From contig OZ245365.1 of assembly GCA_965226495.1 (NCBI GenBank), positions 2,912,001 through 2,976,000 of the forward strand: a stretch of DNA of 64,000 nucleotides, in the 5' to 3' direction. The stretch comes from Candidatus Marinacidobacterales bacterium (lineage in GTDB: Bacteria; Acidobacteriota; Vicinamibacteria; Marinacidobacterales; DATDRI01). Both the position numbers and the translations under genes were made by a program. Shown one piece after another: positions 18,520-28,996 of this stretch. The notes under the pieces are model-generated. The model was not told where the DNA came from and did not search any database. It saw nothing but the letters and a program-made list of their open reading frames with translations. How positions within the stretch are numbered: the stretch's first letter is position 1; every line of letters begins with the position of its first letter.

Positions 18520-20457
18520 TTACCAACCACCGCCGCCACCTCCCCCTCCCCCACCGCCCGAGCTTCCACCGCCACCTGACGAGCTGGATGAACTGGAACT
18601 GGCCGAAGTAGCGATGGCGCTCGACACGCTCTGGCCGAGACTGAAAGCGCCGCCTCCCGAGCTCCACGTTTCGTGGCCGTGGTAGGAGTGCAGGCGACTC
18701 GGAGTGCCCTCGTCGGGTTGGAGAACGGATGAGAGCTCCTTGGCCCAATCATTCTCGAGACCCATAGCGATCCCCCAAGGTAGGTGCTGATCGAATAGCG
18801 TCCACATTTGGTCGGTGCTCGGTGCCTGCAGGACACGGCTTGGCAGCGTGCCGCGCAACCACGCCTCGTAACCGTCCAGCTCGTCCAAGAGCGCCCTCCC
18901 CGCGGCGGTGGGAGCCTGAAGTAACTTCCAAAACACCACCGCGAGAACGAGATGGGCAACCAATGCCCCAGCGACCCAGAGGCCAGAGTTAGCGGCGAGA
19001 AGCCAAAACCCGAACGCCTCACCTACGAGAAAAGGAACAGAAAAAATACTGATAAAGACAGCGGCGAAGATCTTGAGTGGCCGGTAGGGCCCTCCGGAGC
19101 GCGCGCCTTTCCAAGCTCGCCAGGCCTCCCGAACGAGCATGATGACTCCGAGGCTCCATCCCGATAACCAAACCACCAAAAACGCCGATACTTCCATGTG
19201 TTGCCCGAGAAAAAGCGCCACCACCACACTCAGCAAAGAGATGATGAGTCCCGGAAGTACCCAAGCGCGATTGTTGAGGAACAGCTTACCGACCATTCGC
19301 TCTTTCAAATGAGCCCGGAACGACTGAGCGGATTTACGAATCCTCGAACGGTTGCTGCGACTCAGCGTCACAGACTCCCTGCTCTGGAGAAGAGAGGCTA
19401 CCAGCGTGCGCTCGTCTTCCTCGAGAACTCTTCCAGCATCGACGCTACCCCGCGAAACGGTAAACTCGCCGTTCGTTCGGTCCAGCTTAACGGCGTCCTT
19501 GTTCGCCGATGACACCAAGGCCGCGGCAAGGCAATTGTGATCGTAGCCCATGCGGCGAAGATAGCGCGCCGCGGCGGGAGAAAGATCCGGAGGGGAGGTG
19601 CGCGGAACCACCATACCGGGCTCGGGATCTTTTCCAACCTTGGCCCACGCCGCAAGATAGACGACCAGGCTCCCTAACAACCCCAAAAGCGCAACAACCG
19701 ACGGGAAGTTATCGCGCAGTAGCGCATCGCGTGTCTCTTGAGCGGAGGGACGTTGCACCGCGTCCGCGGGCCACAGGATGCCGATGGTGAAGCCTTCCCT
19801 GCGAGCCAGGGGCGTCGTGGTCTCCAGGTGAATCTCGTGTCTACTAGTAATGTTGCCAAGCTTCCAGTTTCGTGCCTTCGAGCCTTTGCGGCCCGTCCAG
19901 CCGCCGATCTCCAGCGCATCCCGTGAATAGCCTGCAGGCAGAACGACTCGGACACTCACCTGGTCAATCGGAAACTCCCAATCGTTCCCCGTCACGTTCC
20001 AATAAAGCTCGTCACGGAGGTCGTGGTGCAACAACCAGCCCGAGGTCTCGTAGGCAAGGGTGTACGTATAGCGTCCCTCGTCCAGTTGCTGGTTCGCCTG
20101 CCCGATATAGATCCGTTTGACGTCCCGCGAAAGGTCTCCGCTTGAATCCAAATGGTAGGGCTCCGAGTGACCGTCCCTAGCGACCCGGAGCACCGAAAAT
20201 CCATGAACCTTACGCATGCCGAATGTCGGGGATGAAACGACGGGGATGTCTCGATAGATGCCTCGCTTCATCTTCTTTCGGAGCGCGGTCACCTCAATGG
20301 TCTCCGTCACGAGAAGAACGCCATCTTGTCGGATCTCTATGTTGGCATCGAAGCGGTGAATGCGTTCCTCGGCAGCGTTCACTGGCGGCCCAACCAAGAG
20401 GGCCAGAGCGGCAAGCGCCCAGACGTATGCGCTTGGTTTTTCACGTGTCATCGACAA
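18520..20457 (-). CDS. DUF2207 family membrane protein
   Basis: GIYRDIP, DELYWNVTGNDW, LPWGIAMG, SGGGGGGGGGGGW C-terminus. Confidence 0.92.
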   Translation of the reverse strand: MSMTREKPSAYVWALAALALLVGPPVNAAEERIHRFDANIEIRQDGVLLVTETIEVTALRKKMKRGIYRDIPVVSSPTFGMRKVHGFSVLRVARDGHSEPYHLDSSGDLSRDVKRIYIGQANQQLDEGRYTYTLAYETSGWLLHHDLRDELYWNVTGNDWEFPIDQVSVRVVLPAGYSRDALEIGGWTGRKGSKARNWKLGNITSRHEIHLETTTPLARREGFTIGILWPADAVQRPSAQETRDALLRDNFPSVVALLGLLGSLVVYLAAWAKVGKDPEPGMVVPRTSPPDLSPAAARYLRRMGYDHNCLAAALVSSANKDAVKLDRTNGEFTVSRGSVDAGRVLEEDERTLVASLLQSRESVTLSRSNRSRIRKSAQSFRAHLKERMVGKLFLNNRAWVLPGLIISLLSVVVALFLGQHMEVSAFLVVWLSGWSLGVIMLVREAWRAWKGARSGGPYRPLKIFAAVFISIFSVPFLVGEAFGFWLLAANSGLWVAGALVAHLVLAVVFWKLLQAPTAAGRALLDELDGYEAWLRGTLPSRVLQAPSTDQMWTLFDQHLPWGIAMGLENDWAKELSSVLQPDEGTPSRLHSYHGHETWSSGGGAFSLGQSVSSAIATSASSSSSSSSGGGGSSGGGGGGGGGGGW

Positions 20458-20587
20458 ACAACTCCTAGGTGCGGAAAACGAGCACTCTGCTGCTTGGATT
20501 GCTTTGTTAACATTTTAAGCTCTATCGCCTCAGGGGCAAAGCCCCTTCCCGTTGACTTCCCTACGTGGATGCGACATTCTCCCGCTC

Positions 20588-21407
20588 GTGCCAGCGGACA
20601 ATTCGATCTACGACACGCTGGACGATTGGTGGGACCCGACCGGCTCGGTGGCGGGCATTCACGCCATGAACCCGGCCCGTGCCGGCTATTTCCGTGGCGT
20701 GCTGCAGGCACGGCTCGGGCGCGATTTGTCGGGGGTGAGAGTCTTGGACGTCGGTTGTGGGGGAGGACTCCTCACCGAAGAATTGCTTCGGCTCGGAGCG
20801 ATCGCAATCGGCGTCGACCAGGCTGAAGCGGCGGTCCGGTGCGCGACTTTGTTAACATTTTAAGCTCTATCGCGCCCACGCGCACTCGGGTAGCTTGTGT
20901 CCCAGGTATGTACGAGCTAGAGGCGAGCAGTTACCGTTCGAGGATGGCTCCTTCCCTGCCGTGATGACCAGCGACTTTCTCGAGCATGTCGACGACTTGA
21001 CCTCGGTCATCCAGGAATCCGCGCGCGTTCTAGCACCGGGCGGCTTGTTTCTGTACGACACGATCAACCGGACATGGCTGACGCGCATCTTTCACATCGG
21101 TGTGCTCCAAGAGTGGAGAAGGCTGGTTCCAGAAGGCACGCATGATTGGCGGCAATTCATCAGGCCGTGCGAGCTCGAAGCGGCGATGAAGAAAGCAGAT
21201 CTTCGTCCCGTGGAAACGCTCGGCCTCTTCCCGGTCTCCCCCGTTCGCTTCGCGTTGCATCTCCTCAGGCACAAAAGGGATCGAGACACCATGCCCGCCT
21301 TTCGTATCGGCTCTTGGACCGCCGGCAGTTACGTTGGCTACGGCGTCAAAGAGGTTGGAGAGATTAGCTATAATGACTCTTCGCCCCCCGGAGGAAGACA
21401 TGGCTGA
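20588..21407 (+). pseudogene. ubiG: UbiG-like O-methyltransferase, frameshifted by a 25-bp insertion
   Basis: WWD..G...IHAMNPAR, LDVGCGGGLL, LEHV, TINRT, GTHDW..FIRP; removing 20846-20870 restores the frame (..RCARAHAH..). Confidence 0.8.
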
Positions 21408-22048
21408 AAAGTTCAAGTCTGATATCCCTGAAAGCGAAGTCACCCCACGGGAGTTCTTTTTTAATTGAAGGAACTTCCTCAGCGCGCTGGGGCTCGGCGT
21501 CTTCGCGGCTCCCTGGGCGTGTCGCTCCGCGAACGGCGGAGAGGAAGAAACCGGGAAGGTGACCCCACCCTTTCAGCGACCGGAAATGTTTCCGGCTGAA
21601 GCCAATCGAACCATCGAACTTCCCTCTAGCCTCGAACGCACCGAGCTCACACCACGAGATGTGGCGGCCTCCTTCAACAATTTCTACGAGTTCATTCCGG
21701 GCGGCGGCGGACCGGTTTGGGAGTTCGTCGAAAAATTCCGGGTCGATCCCTGGAAGGTCGTATCGCAGCCAAATGCCTGGAGCAAAAGACTCACCATGGA
21801 TCGAGCTGGTAAAGAAGCAGCCCAAGACGTTTTGGCAAATCCAACCCCACGAGTACGGGTTCCTCTCCAATATCAATCCCAACATCCCGCACCCTCGTTG
21901 GAGCCAGATGGAGTCGCATTGGCTGGATACCCGCGACCGTTTCCCGACTGCGATCTTCAACGGCTATGAGAAATATGTTACCGCTCTCTACCCCGATGAA
22001 CCCAGAACTCCGCAGGCGCCATTGAGAGAGGGCCAAACCGCCCGCTAA
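21400..22048 (+). pseudogene. msrP: protein-methionine-sulfoxide reductase MsrP remnant
   Basis: SEVTP..FFN*RNFL (TGA 21466 in the twin-Arg motif), NNFYEF, EYGF.SNINP..PHPRWSQ, FNGY; the central Mo-binding part is deleted, with a frame change near 21760-21800. Confidence 0.88.
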
Positions 22049-22078
22049 CAGGCAGGCGCCTACAGCAGAGCCCTCGGT

Positions 22079-22123
22079 AAGAAAAGGAAAGGGCTCGGAG
22101 CCTTAGACGTTGACGCCGAGCCC
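22079..22123 (-). terminator. probable terminator of the TPR gene
   Basis: GGGCTCGG...CCGAGCCC hairpin followed by a T-rich run on the minus strand. Confidence 0.5.
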
Positions 22124-22143
22124 GATGAAGCGGGAGGTCGTTG

Positions 22144-23802
22144 CTAATTGACCTTTTCGCCCTTGGCCAACGCCTCGACCCGCGGTTGAAGGTTGGGGTC
22201 GCTCACGCCCAACTCGACCGCCTTGTTGTAATTCTCCTGGACGGCGGCCACGATGGCTTCATCCCCGTCACACGGACAGCCCGGCTTGATCATTCCGAAG
22301 TTGGCCCATGCGAGCGCGACGTACGGAGCCCCCCAGTTCGATGGGGCCGCTTCGGCGCAGCGCTTGAGCGTCTCCTGCGCTCCTGTATAGTCTTGTTTGG
22401 CGAGCTGTACGCGCCCGAGGTTATACAGGCCCACCGGGTTCTTGTAATCGGGAGAGCTGGCGGCCTTCGTCAGTGCGGCCAGCGCCTCATCCACTCGTTG
22501 GCTAGCGAAGAGCGCGGCACCATAGTCGGTCAGGAAATCCGCGTTGTCCGGCTCCAGTTCCACCGCTTTTTGTAGGGAGGGCATGGCGCCGGCGGCGTCT
22601 TGTTTCTTGTTGAGCAGGGCCTTACCGCGTTCAAAGTGCGCGGTTCCCATGCTCGCGTCGATCGCCAAGGCAGCATCGAACTCCGCGATGCCCGGATCGA
22701 TTTGATCCTGCGCCACGAGAGCCAACCCCAGGAGGTAGTGAAGGTCCGCGGAGCTCGAATTCGCCTCGAGCGCCGCCTTGAGGAACTCCGCCGCCCCATA
22801 AGCGTCGCCCTTGTCGATCGAGAGCTTGGCCGCCTTGACGGCGGCATCGGTCGCGCCCGGATTCAACTCCACCGCCTTCTTGTAGTAATTGACGGCCATG
22901 TCGAGATTACCCTGCTTTTCGTACACTTCGGCAAAGGCGAGTTGCGAAGCAAAATCATTCGGGTCGACGGTGACGGCCATCGCCAGGTCGGAGTACGCTG
23001 AGTCGGTCTCACCGCGAGCGTTGTTTGCAATACCTCGAACGGCGTAGGCTCGCGTGAGTTTGCTGTTGAGCTCGATGGCCTTCGTCGCCGCCGCCACCGC
23101 CCCGTCGTAGTCTTTCTTGGACAACATGATGTCCGCCATACCGACGTGCGCCTCGGCGAGAGACGCGTCGATCGCCAAAGCCTTGTTGAAGGCACCTTCT
23201 GCTCCCGCTGCATCGCCAGTTCCTAGCAGCGCCACACCCAAGGAGGCCTGCGCGATGGCATTGTCCGGCGCCAAACCGATGGCCTTTTCCGCAGCCCCCA
23301 CCGCCTCTGCATATTGACCGGTCTTGGCTAAGCTCATAGCGAGGTACACGTGGGCGTCGGTGTTGGAAGGATCGGCGGCGATGGCTTTGGGTGCCGACAT
23401 GGCCGCTTCCTGGTACTTCCCGAGCGTAACGTAGGCCTCCGTCAACCCAGCATACGCCTCCGCCTGGTCCTTGCCTTCTGTGTGCTCCGCCGCCAGTGCA
23501 AAGGCACTTGCCGAGTTCTCTATCTCGCCGAGCTCTTTGTATAAGCGCCCCAGCTTCAGCTGCGCCTCACCGTTGTCAGGATAGTCGACGGCGATGGTGT
23601 AGTAGTATCTCCCGCCTTCGGCAAGCTTGCCGTCTTTGACCAGCTTGTCGCCCTTGCGCATGTATTCCCCGACTTGCTTACTGGTGAGGGGTTTACGTTC
23701 CTCTTTTTTTTGTTCTTCCTGCGACTGCGCGGTTGGTGATACGAAAATGAGGGCCAAGGCAGCAACGAACGCGGCCGGTATCCACGTCGGACGAAATCTC
23801 AT
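22144..23802 (-). CDS. secreted tetratricopeptide-repeat protein
   Basis: signal peptide; about 12 TPR units (A...LG...A...KA.....P). Confidence 0.92.
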   Translation of the reverse strand: MRFRPTWIPAAFVAALALIFVSPTAQSQEEQKKEERKPLTSKQVGEYMRKGDKLVKDGKLAEGGRYYYTIAVDYPDNGEAQLKLGRLYKELGEIENSASAFALAAEHTEGKDQAEAYAGLTEAYVTLGKYQEAAMSAPKAIAADPSNTDAHVYLAMSLAKTGQYAEAVGAAEKAIGLAPDNAIAQASLGVALLGTGDAAGAEGAFNKALAIDASLAEAHVGMADIMLSKKDYDGAVAAATKAIELNSKLTRAYAVRGIANNARGETDSAYSDLAMAVTVDPNDFASQLAFAEVYEKQGNLDMAVNYYKKAVELNPGATDAAVKAAKLSIDKGDAYGAAEFLKAALEANSSSADLHYLLGLALVAQDQIDPGIAEFDAALAIDASMGTAHFERGKALLNKKQDAAGAMPSLQKAVELEPDNADFLTDYGAALFASQRVDEALAALTKAASSPDYKNPVGLYNLGRVQLAKQDYTGAQETLKRCAEAAPSNWGAPYVALAWANFGMIKPGCPCDGDEAIVAAVQENYNKAVELGVSDPNLQPRVEALAKGEKVN

Positions 23803-23954
23803 GACTTCCTCCCTTTCGGGTTGTATATGGCGTCCCCAGGGGCGTCTGGGTCCAGGAATCCTACTGGGTGCGGATTCTAATCCACACGAGGCGAGGGTTC
23901 AAGCGTCCAACTCGACACGAGGGGGCTCCCAAGGCGAACCCGCTCCGAGACAGC

Positions 23955-24689
23955 TTAACCGGAGGCAAGCAAAGCCATAATCAAGATGGCGGCGATGCCG
24001 GCCAGAAAAAGAGCGAGCCCCAGGGTCGCCTGCCATTTGCCGAGGTTGATGGCGTAGCCAAGACCCAACCGATTCTCCACGAATATCGAAGGGTCGTCTC
24101 GATTAATGTAGAACAGCCCGTATTTCCAGTGCCGGCTGTCCGTTGTTGCCTGCCTAGGCGCCCCAGAATACTTGACCAGGATCACGACCACTCCCACCAA
24201 GACGTAGACCCCCATGGCAACGGCGAAAAAGAGGAAGGCGGTGGGTAAGCGATCGGCTTGACCGAGTCCAACCTGGATCGCTCCGTACGAGAGCAAGGAG
24301 AGCATCCCGGTGACGAGGATCGACACGCCCGACAGGAAGGTAGTCACAACGGATCGAAAGCGCTCCTGGGCGATGACCGACGCGCCGCCATCGTCGATCC
24401 GAATGGCCTGCTTGGCGTTCGCGATCAGGTAGGCGATGAGCGCCATCGCCGGGCCAAGGAAGAGAGTCGTAATCGGCAAGAGCATCACAGATGCGAAAGA
24501 ACGCGGAGCCCACCCGTCCGGCTGACCACTACCACCAAAGTGAATGGGCACCTGTTCCGGGAGAAGATCGTAATGGGTCGCAGCATAGGAGAAGACGAGA
24601 GCTCCCGCGCCAAGGGTAGCCACGAACGCGAATAGGGGAAATGCGGTGGGAGCCATCACCGCCGTCGGCGGCTGGCCTGGTGGGTCCAT
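23955..24689 (-). CDS. DUF1648/DUF5808 membrane protein
   Basis: LPEQVPIHF...GQPDGW; WKYGLFYINRDDPSIFVENR.G.GYAIN. Confidence 0.85.
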   Translation of the reverse strand: MDPPGQPPTAVMAPTAFPLFAFVATLGAGALVFSYAATHYDLLPEQVPIHFGGSGQPDGWAPRSFASVMLLPITTLFLGPAMALIAYLIANAKQAIRIDDGGASVIAQERFRSVVTTFLSGVSILVTGMLSLLSYGAIQVGLGQADRLPTAFLFFAVAMGVYVLVGVVVILVKYSGAPRQATTDSRHWKYGLFYINRDDPSIFVENRLGLGYAINLGKWQATLGLALFLAGIAAILIMALLASG

Positions 24690-24703
24690 AGCCGTGTTCT
24701 CGA

Positions 24704-25471
24704 CTACTTTTTTTTCTCGGTGAAGTTGACCATCATCTTCACTTCACCCGCTTCAACGGAGCCGGTAATAGAGACGGTGCGCCCATCATCGGTTGACCTC
24801 GCGATGAGAATTGCGCCGCTGGGCATCGTCGTCCGCTGCGCCATCTCCAGCCCGGCCCCCTCGAGCTCCGCGGCGTAGTAGTCCAGCACGGTTTCTAGGT
24901 CGTCCCCGGTTTGCACGACATAGGCCCCCATCTCACCGTCTGGAGTCTCGGTAAAGAAAGTGCCTTCCGCTGTAGTGCCCGGATAGACTGGCAACCAGTT
25001 TGGAAACTTTTCGAGACCCACGCCGCTTCCCATGATCGCGGTGCCGTCATCACCGGTCACGGTGAGCCTCCCCTCCTCGCCGCTCGCGTCCACATCGTAA
25101 GTACCCTCATCCGACGTGAAACTGAATTTACCTTCCTCGATATCCTTATAGTTGAAGGTGAACTCTTCACCGGTCTTGCTATTCAAGAAGATGACGGTCT
25201 GCGCCTCCTCGTCGGCGGCAACGAGCTCCACATCAGGATTCGTTGCAGCGATGAGCCTCGCTGTCGCCAGCACGGGATTGTCTTCCATTTCTTGGACGAC
25301 GTTCTTGGCCTTCTTGAAAATGAAGACACCTCCCACGAACGTCGCGATTCCCGCCAGCACTAGAATGCCCGCGCAACCAATGGCGATCCAGGCCACCGGG
25401 CTCAATCCTTTTCGATCCGATTGCGCCCCCCTTCGGGGATCCCTAGGACGTCCAGCCTGTCCGTTCGTCAT
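24704..25471 (-). CDS. membrane-anchored hypothetical protein
   Basis: WIAIGC TM anchor, PNWLPVYPG; AAGGAG RBS before ATG 25471. Confidence 0.75.
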   Translation of the reverse strand: MTNGQAGRPRDPRRGAQSDRKGLSPVAWIAIGCAGILVLAGIATFVGGVFIFKKAKNVVQEMEDNPVLATARLIAATNPDVELVAADEEAQTVIFLNSKTGEEFTFNYKDIEEGKFSFTSDEGTYDVDASGEEGRLTVTGDDGTAIMGSGVGLEKFPNWLPVYPGTTAEGTFFTETPDGEMGAYVVQTGDDLETVLDYYAAELEGAGLEMAQRTTMPSGAILIARSTDDGRTVSITGSVEAGEVKMMVNFTEKKK

Positions 25472-25645
25472 GGTGTTGCTCTCCTTTCGGAAGACTCGAG
25501 CGAAGTAGCTCATCATAACAATCACTACCAAGCAACGGGTAAATAATCAGGTTCATCCGGGGATTCCATCTCGCGGGACAGGCCAGGATGAACCAATAAT
25601 CATCGATGCGATTCGGACCAACCGCTGATACCATCTACGCATCGA

Positions 25646-28600
25646 ATGCCAGAAGGACAGATCTTCCAGTCCCCTTCTGCCGCTCGTCGTGTCACCGAAG
25701 TCACCGATTGGCTCGATCGGCACGCCCGAGGGGGAGAGGTACTCATTCTCTGCTCTCAACTCGAGGCAGGTGACCACCTAGTCCGGGCCCTCGCTTCCCA
25801 ACGTGGTTCCCTCAACGGGCTCCGCCGACTCACTGTAAATGCGTTCGCCTATCAGTTAGCGCTGCCACAGCTAGTAGAAGCAGGGCTTGCCACACACAGC
25901 CGCCTAGGTCAGCAAGCTCTCGCGGCAAGAGTCGCGCACGAGGCGAGGGCGGAAGGTGACCTCGGAGTATTCTCTGTAGTCGCCCACGGACCCGGGTTCG
26001 CTCGTGCCCTCGCGACCACTTTGAACGAGCTTCGTCTGCACGAAGTCGAACCAGCCCAGTTGTCGGCTGCCGGCGAGACGGGGCCGAGCCTTGCCGAGCT
26101 CCTCAAACGCTATGAGAAAGGGGCATTGTCGGCCGGAGTCGCCGATCGCACCGACGTACTGCGTGCCGCCACCCGCGCCGCGGAGTCAACGACGCGATCT
26201 CCCTTAGGGCTGCCTACGGTGTTATTCGACGTACCGATCACGACTCCGGTGGAGGCACATTTCATCGCATCCGTCGCGCGCGGGGCTTCACGGGTGTTGG
26301 CCACCGTGCCCGCAGGCGATGAAACAACACTCCAAGCGCTGGAAAAGGCGCTCACTGTGGCACCGGAGGTTGCCTACGCCGGTGACGACTCGTCCGATGC
26401 GGTCAAACAACTTCAGCGTTATGTCTTCAGTGGCTCCGCTCCTCCGGCCGCCCCGGACGAACAGAACGTGGTGGTTCTGTCGGCTCCCGGTGAGGCCCAA
26501 GAAGCGGTGGAACTGGCGCGATGTATCCAGTCCGAAGCCGCGAGCGGCGTCCGCTTCGACTCGATGGCGATTCTTTTGCGGTCACCGGAGATCTACACAC
26601 CACTCATAGAAGACGCTCTGGCTCGCGCCGGAGTTCCCGCCTACTTCGAGACCGGTAGCCAGAGACCCGCGCCTGCGGGTCGAGCCTTCCTCGCTCTGCT
26701 CGACTGCGCGGCGGAAGAGCTAAGTGCCTCCCGCTTTGCCGAATATCTGTCGCTCGGACAGCTTCCCGATCTAAACGAAGAGGGCGGGCCAGCGGCGCTT
26801 CCGGAAGTGCCTTGGAGCCCCCCACAACACGAACTGGCTCCTCCGCCACCCGAGGGCTATAGCGAGCCCCTGCAGCTCGACCTATTCGCGGCACCGGAGC
26901 GAGTCGCCGAACCCGAGGGACTCCCGGCCATCGAAGGGACTCTCCGCGCACCGTGGCGATGGGAGAGACTACTGGTCGACGCTGCCGTCATCGGGGGACG
27001 GGATCGCTGGGAACGAAGGCTTTCCGGACTAGCTCGAGAGATTCAAGCGCGGATCGGAGAAGTCGACGATCCGGGTGGCAGTGATGCGGCGACGCTCGAG
27101 CGCCAGATTGAGGATCTCGAGCATCTGAAAGCCTTCGCGCTTCCCGTGATCGGCCTGCTTGCGGATTTCCCCGAGAAAGCCAGCTGGGGAAGGTGGCTCG
27201 ACGTTCTCGAGCACCTAGCTTCGCGCGTCTTGGGCTCGCCGGAAGGCGTGTTGTCTCTTCTCAAAGAGATTCGACCGATGGCATCGGTGGGGCCGGTCGA
27301 CCTTTTCGAAGTGCGCGAAGTCTTGAACGAGAGGCTCACCCTTCTGTCCCAAGACCCTCCTCACTATCGTTATGGACGAGTCTGGGTCGCTCCCATCGAA
27401 GCAGTCCGGGGACTGAGTTTCGATGTCGTGCTCGTGCCGGGTCTCGCCGAAAGGATGTTCCCGCGGAAGATCGTCGAAGACCCACTGCTCTTGGATGTGG
27501 ACCGACGAAAGCTCGATGCGAGCCTCCCGCTTCAAGAAGACCGTGTTTCCCAGGAACGGCTGGCACTGCGTTTGGCGGCGGGGGCAGCCAAGCGAAAGAT
27601 CGTGTTTAGCTACCCCTCGATCGATCTCCAAAAGGGTCGCTCCAAAGTGCCGTCCTTTTACTTGCTGGAGGTGTTGAGAGCCAGCGAGGGAACCCTCCCG
27701 GACTTCGAGTCCCTAGAACGCGACGCTGCCGATTCCTCTGGGGCGCGCTTGGGGTGGCCGGCACCGAGAGAGTCATCGCACGCTATCGACGAAACAGAAC
27801 ACGACCTCGCCTTCCTTTCCGATGCCTTGCGGCAAGACACACCAAAAGAGCTCGCGCAAGGCACGGGAAGATACCTCATGAACGTCAACGATGCGCTCAC
27901 GCGATCGCTTCGCACTCGCTATCAGCGCGGTCGACCGCGTTTCACGTCGGTCGACGGTTTTCTCGAGCCTTCGACTGATTCCAAGAAGTTCCTGGCAAAC
28001 CATCGCTTCGGCACGCGCGCGTTCTCGGTGACCGCCTTGGAGCGCTTCGCGGCCTGTCCCTATCGGTTTTTTCTGAACGCCATCTTGAGACTCCGGCCGC
28101 GAGAAACGGTCGAGCAAATCACTCACCTCGATCCGATGACCTACGGCCGAATCTTCCATGTTGCCCAATACGAGATCCTGACGACACTCGGGAAGGAAGG
28201 GCTCTCGCCCGTTCGCCCCGACAACCTGGCCGCGGTGCTCGAATCGAGCGAGAGAGTGTTCAACCAGGTAGCCGCAAAGTTCAACGATGAGCTAGCCCCC
28301 GCAATCGAGCGTATCTGGCGAGACGAGCTGACCCGCATTCGTACCGACCTACGGGGTTGGCTCCGCAAGGAGTCCGAGGCCCCCGGTGGTTGGGTACCGC
28401 ATCGATTCGAGTTTACGTTCGGAATGAAGCCGCAAGGGCCCGCCGATCCGGCGAGCGTCCTGGAGGAAGCGGTGCTAGCGAGCGGGCTTCGACTCCGGGG
28501 TGCCATCGACCTCGTCGAGAAGCGAGAAGATGGCAAGGTGAGGGTCACGGATTACAAGAGTGGCCGCGTGCGGGTGCCGGAAGGCGCGGTCTTGTACGGA

Positions 28601-28933
28601 GGAGAGAGCCTCCAGCCCATCCTTTACTCGCTTGCCTACGAGGCTTTGACCGGAGACCAGGTCCGCGGCGCACGTCTTTATTACTGCACGGAGAAATCGG
28701 GGTACACGGAGCGCGCCGTCGAGCCCGACGAGGAAGCGCTAGAAGTGGTTGACGAGTTTCAACGTCGCCTCGACAAAGCGATCGAAGAGGGCTTCTTTCC
28801 GGCGTCGCCGAGGCTGGGGTGCAAGTATTGCGACTACTTACCGGTATGTGGCCCGGGCGCCGAGATCAACGCCAAGCGCAAGGAGGGCGACTCGAAGCTC
28901 TCCTTGCTGAACTGGCTTCGAAACTTGAGATGA
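25646..28933 (+). CDS. addB: AddB-like helicase/nuclease subunit (PD-(D/E)xK, Fe-S staple)
   Basis: SVTALE.F.ACPY.FF, RGAIDLVE, DYKSG, CKYCDYLPVC. Confidence 0.85.
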   Translation: MPEGQIFQSPSAARRVTEVTDWLDRHARGGEVLILCSQLEAGDHLVRALASQRGSLNGLRRLTVNAFAYQLALPQLVEAGLATHSRLGQQALAARVAHEARAEGDLGVFSVVAHGPGFARALATTLNELRLHEVEPAQLSAAGETGPSLAELLKRYEKGALSAGVADRTDVLRAATRAAESTTRSPLGLPTVLFDVPITTPVEAHFIASVARGASRVLATVPAGDETTLQALEKALTVAPEVAYAGDDSSDAVKQLQRYVFSGSAPPAAPDEQNVVVLSAPGEAQEAVELARCIQSEAASGVRFDSMAILLRSPEIYTPLIEDALARAGVPAYFETGSQRPAPAGRAFLALLDCAAEELSASRFAEYLSLGQLPDLNEEGGPAALPEVPWSPPQHELAPPPPEGYSEPLQLDLFAAPERVAEPEGLPAIEGTLRAPWRWERLLVDAAVIGGRDRWERRLSGLAREIQARIGEVDDPGGSDAATLERQIEDLEHLKAFALPVIGLLADFPEKASWGRWLDVLEHLASRVLGSPEGVLSLLKEIRPMASVGPVDLFEVREVLNERLTLLSQDPPHYRYGRVWVAPIEAVRGLSFDVVLVPGLAERMFPRKIVEDPLLLDVDRRKLDASLPLQEDRVSQERLALRLAAGAAKRKIVFSYPSIDLQKGRSKVPSFYLLEVLRASEGTLPDFESLERDAADSSGARLGWPAPRESSHAIDETEHDLAFLSDALRQDTPKELAQGTGRYLMNVNDALTRSLRTRYQRGRPRFTSVDGFLEPSTDSKKFLANHRFGTRAFSVTALERFAACPYRFFLNAILRLRPRETVEQITHLDPMTYGRIFHVAQYEILTTLGKEGLSPVRPDNLAAVLESSERVFNQVAAKFNDELAPAIERIWRDELTRIRTDLRGWLRKESEAPGGWVPHRFEFTFGMKPQGPADPASVLEEAVLASGLRLRGAIDLVEKREDGKVRVTDYKSGRVRVPEGAVLYGGESLQPILYSLAYEALTGDQVRGARLYYCTEKSGYTERAVEPDEEALEVVDEFQRRLDKAIEEGFFPASPRLGCKYCDYLPVCGPGAEINAKRKEGDSKLSLLNWLRNLR

Positions 28934-28996
28934 CTCGATACTACGGCGGAACCCCGCCATGGTCCGAAGGGCGAAGGTGGGAGCGCGCATTAAGTC

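Noticed and set aside
21466-21468. TGA in msrP as selenocysteine
   Set aside because: It aligns to an Arg of the twin-arginine motif, not a Cys, and the gene also has a large deletion.
25550-25595. Inverted repeat GGTTCATCC...GGATGAACC upstream of addB as a LexA site
   Set aside because: Spacing and orientation do not fit the N7 direct-repeat motif.
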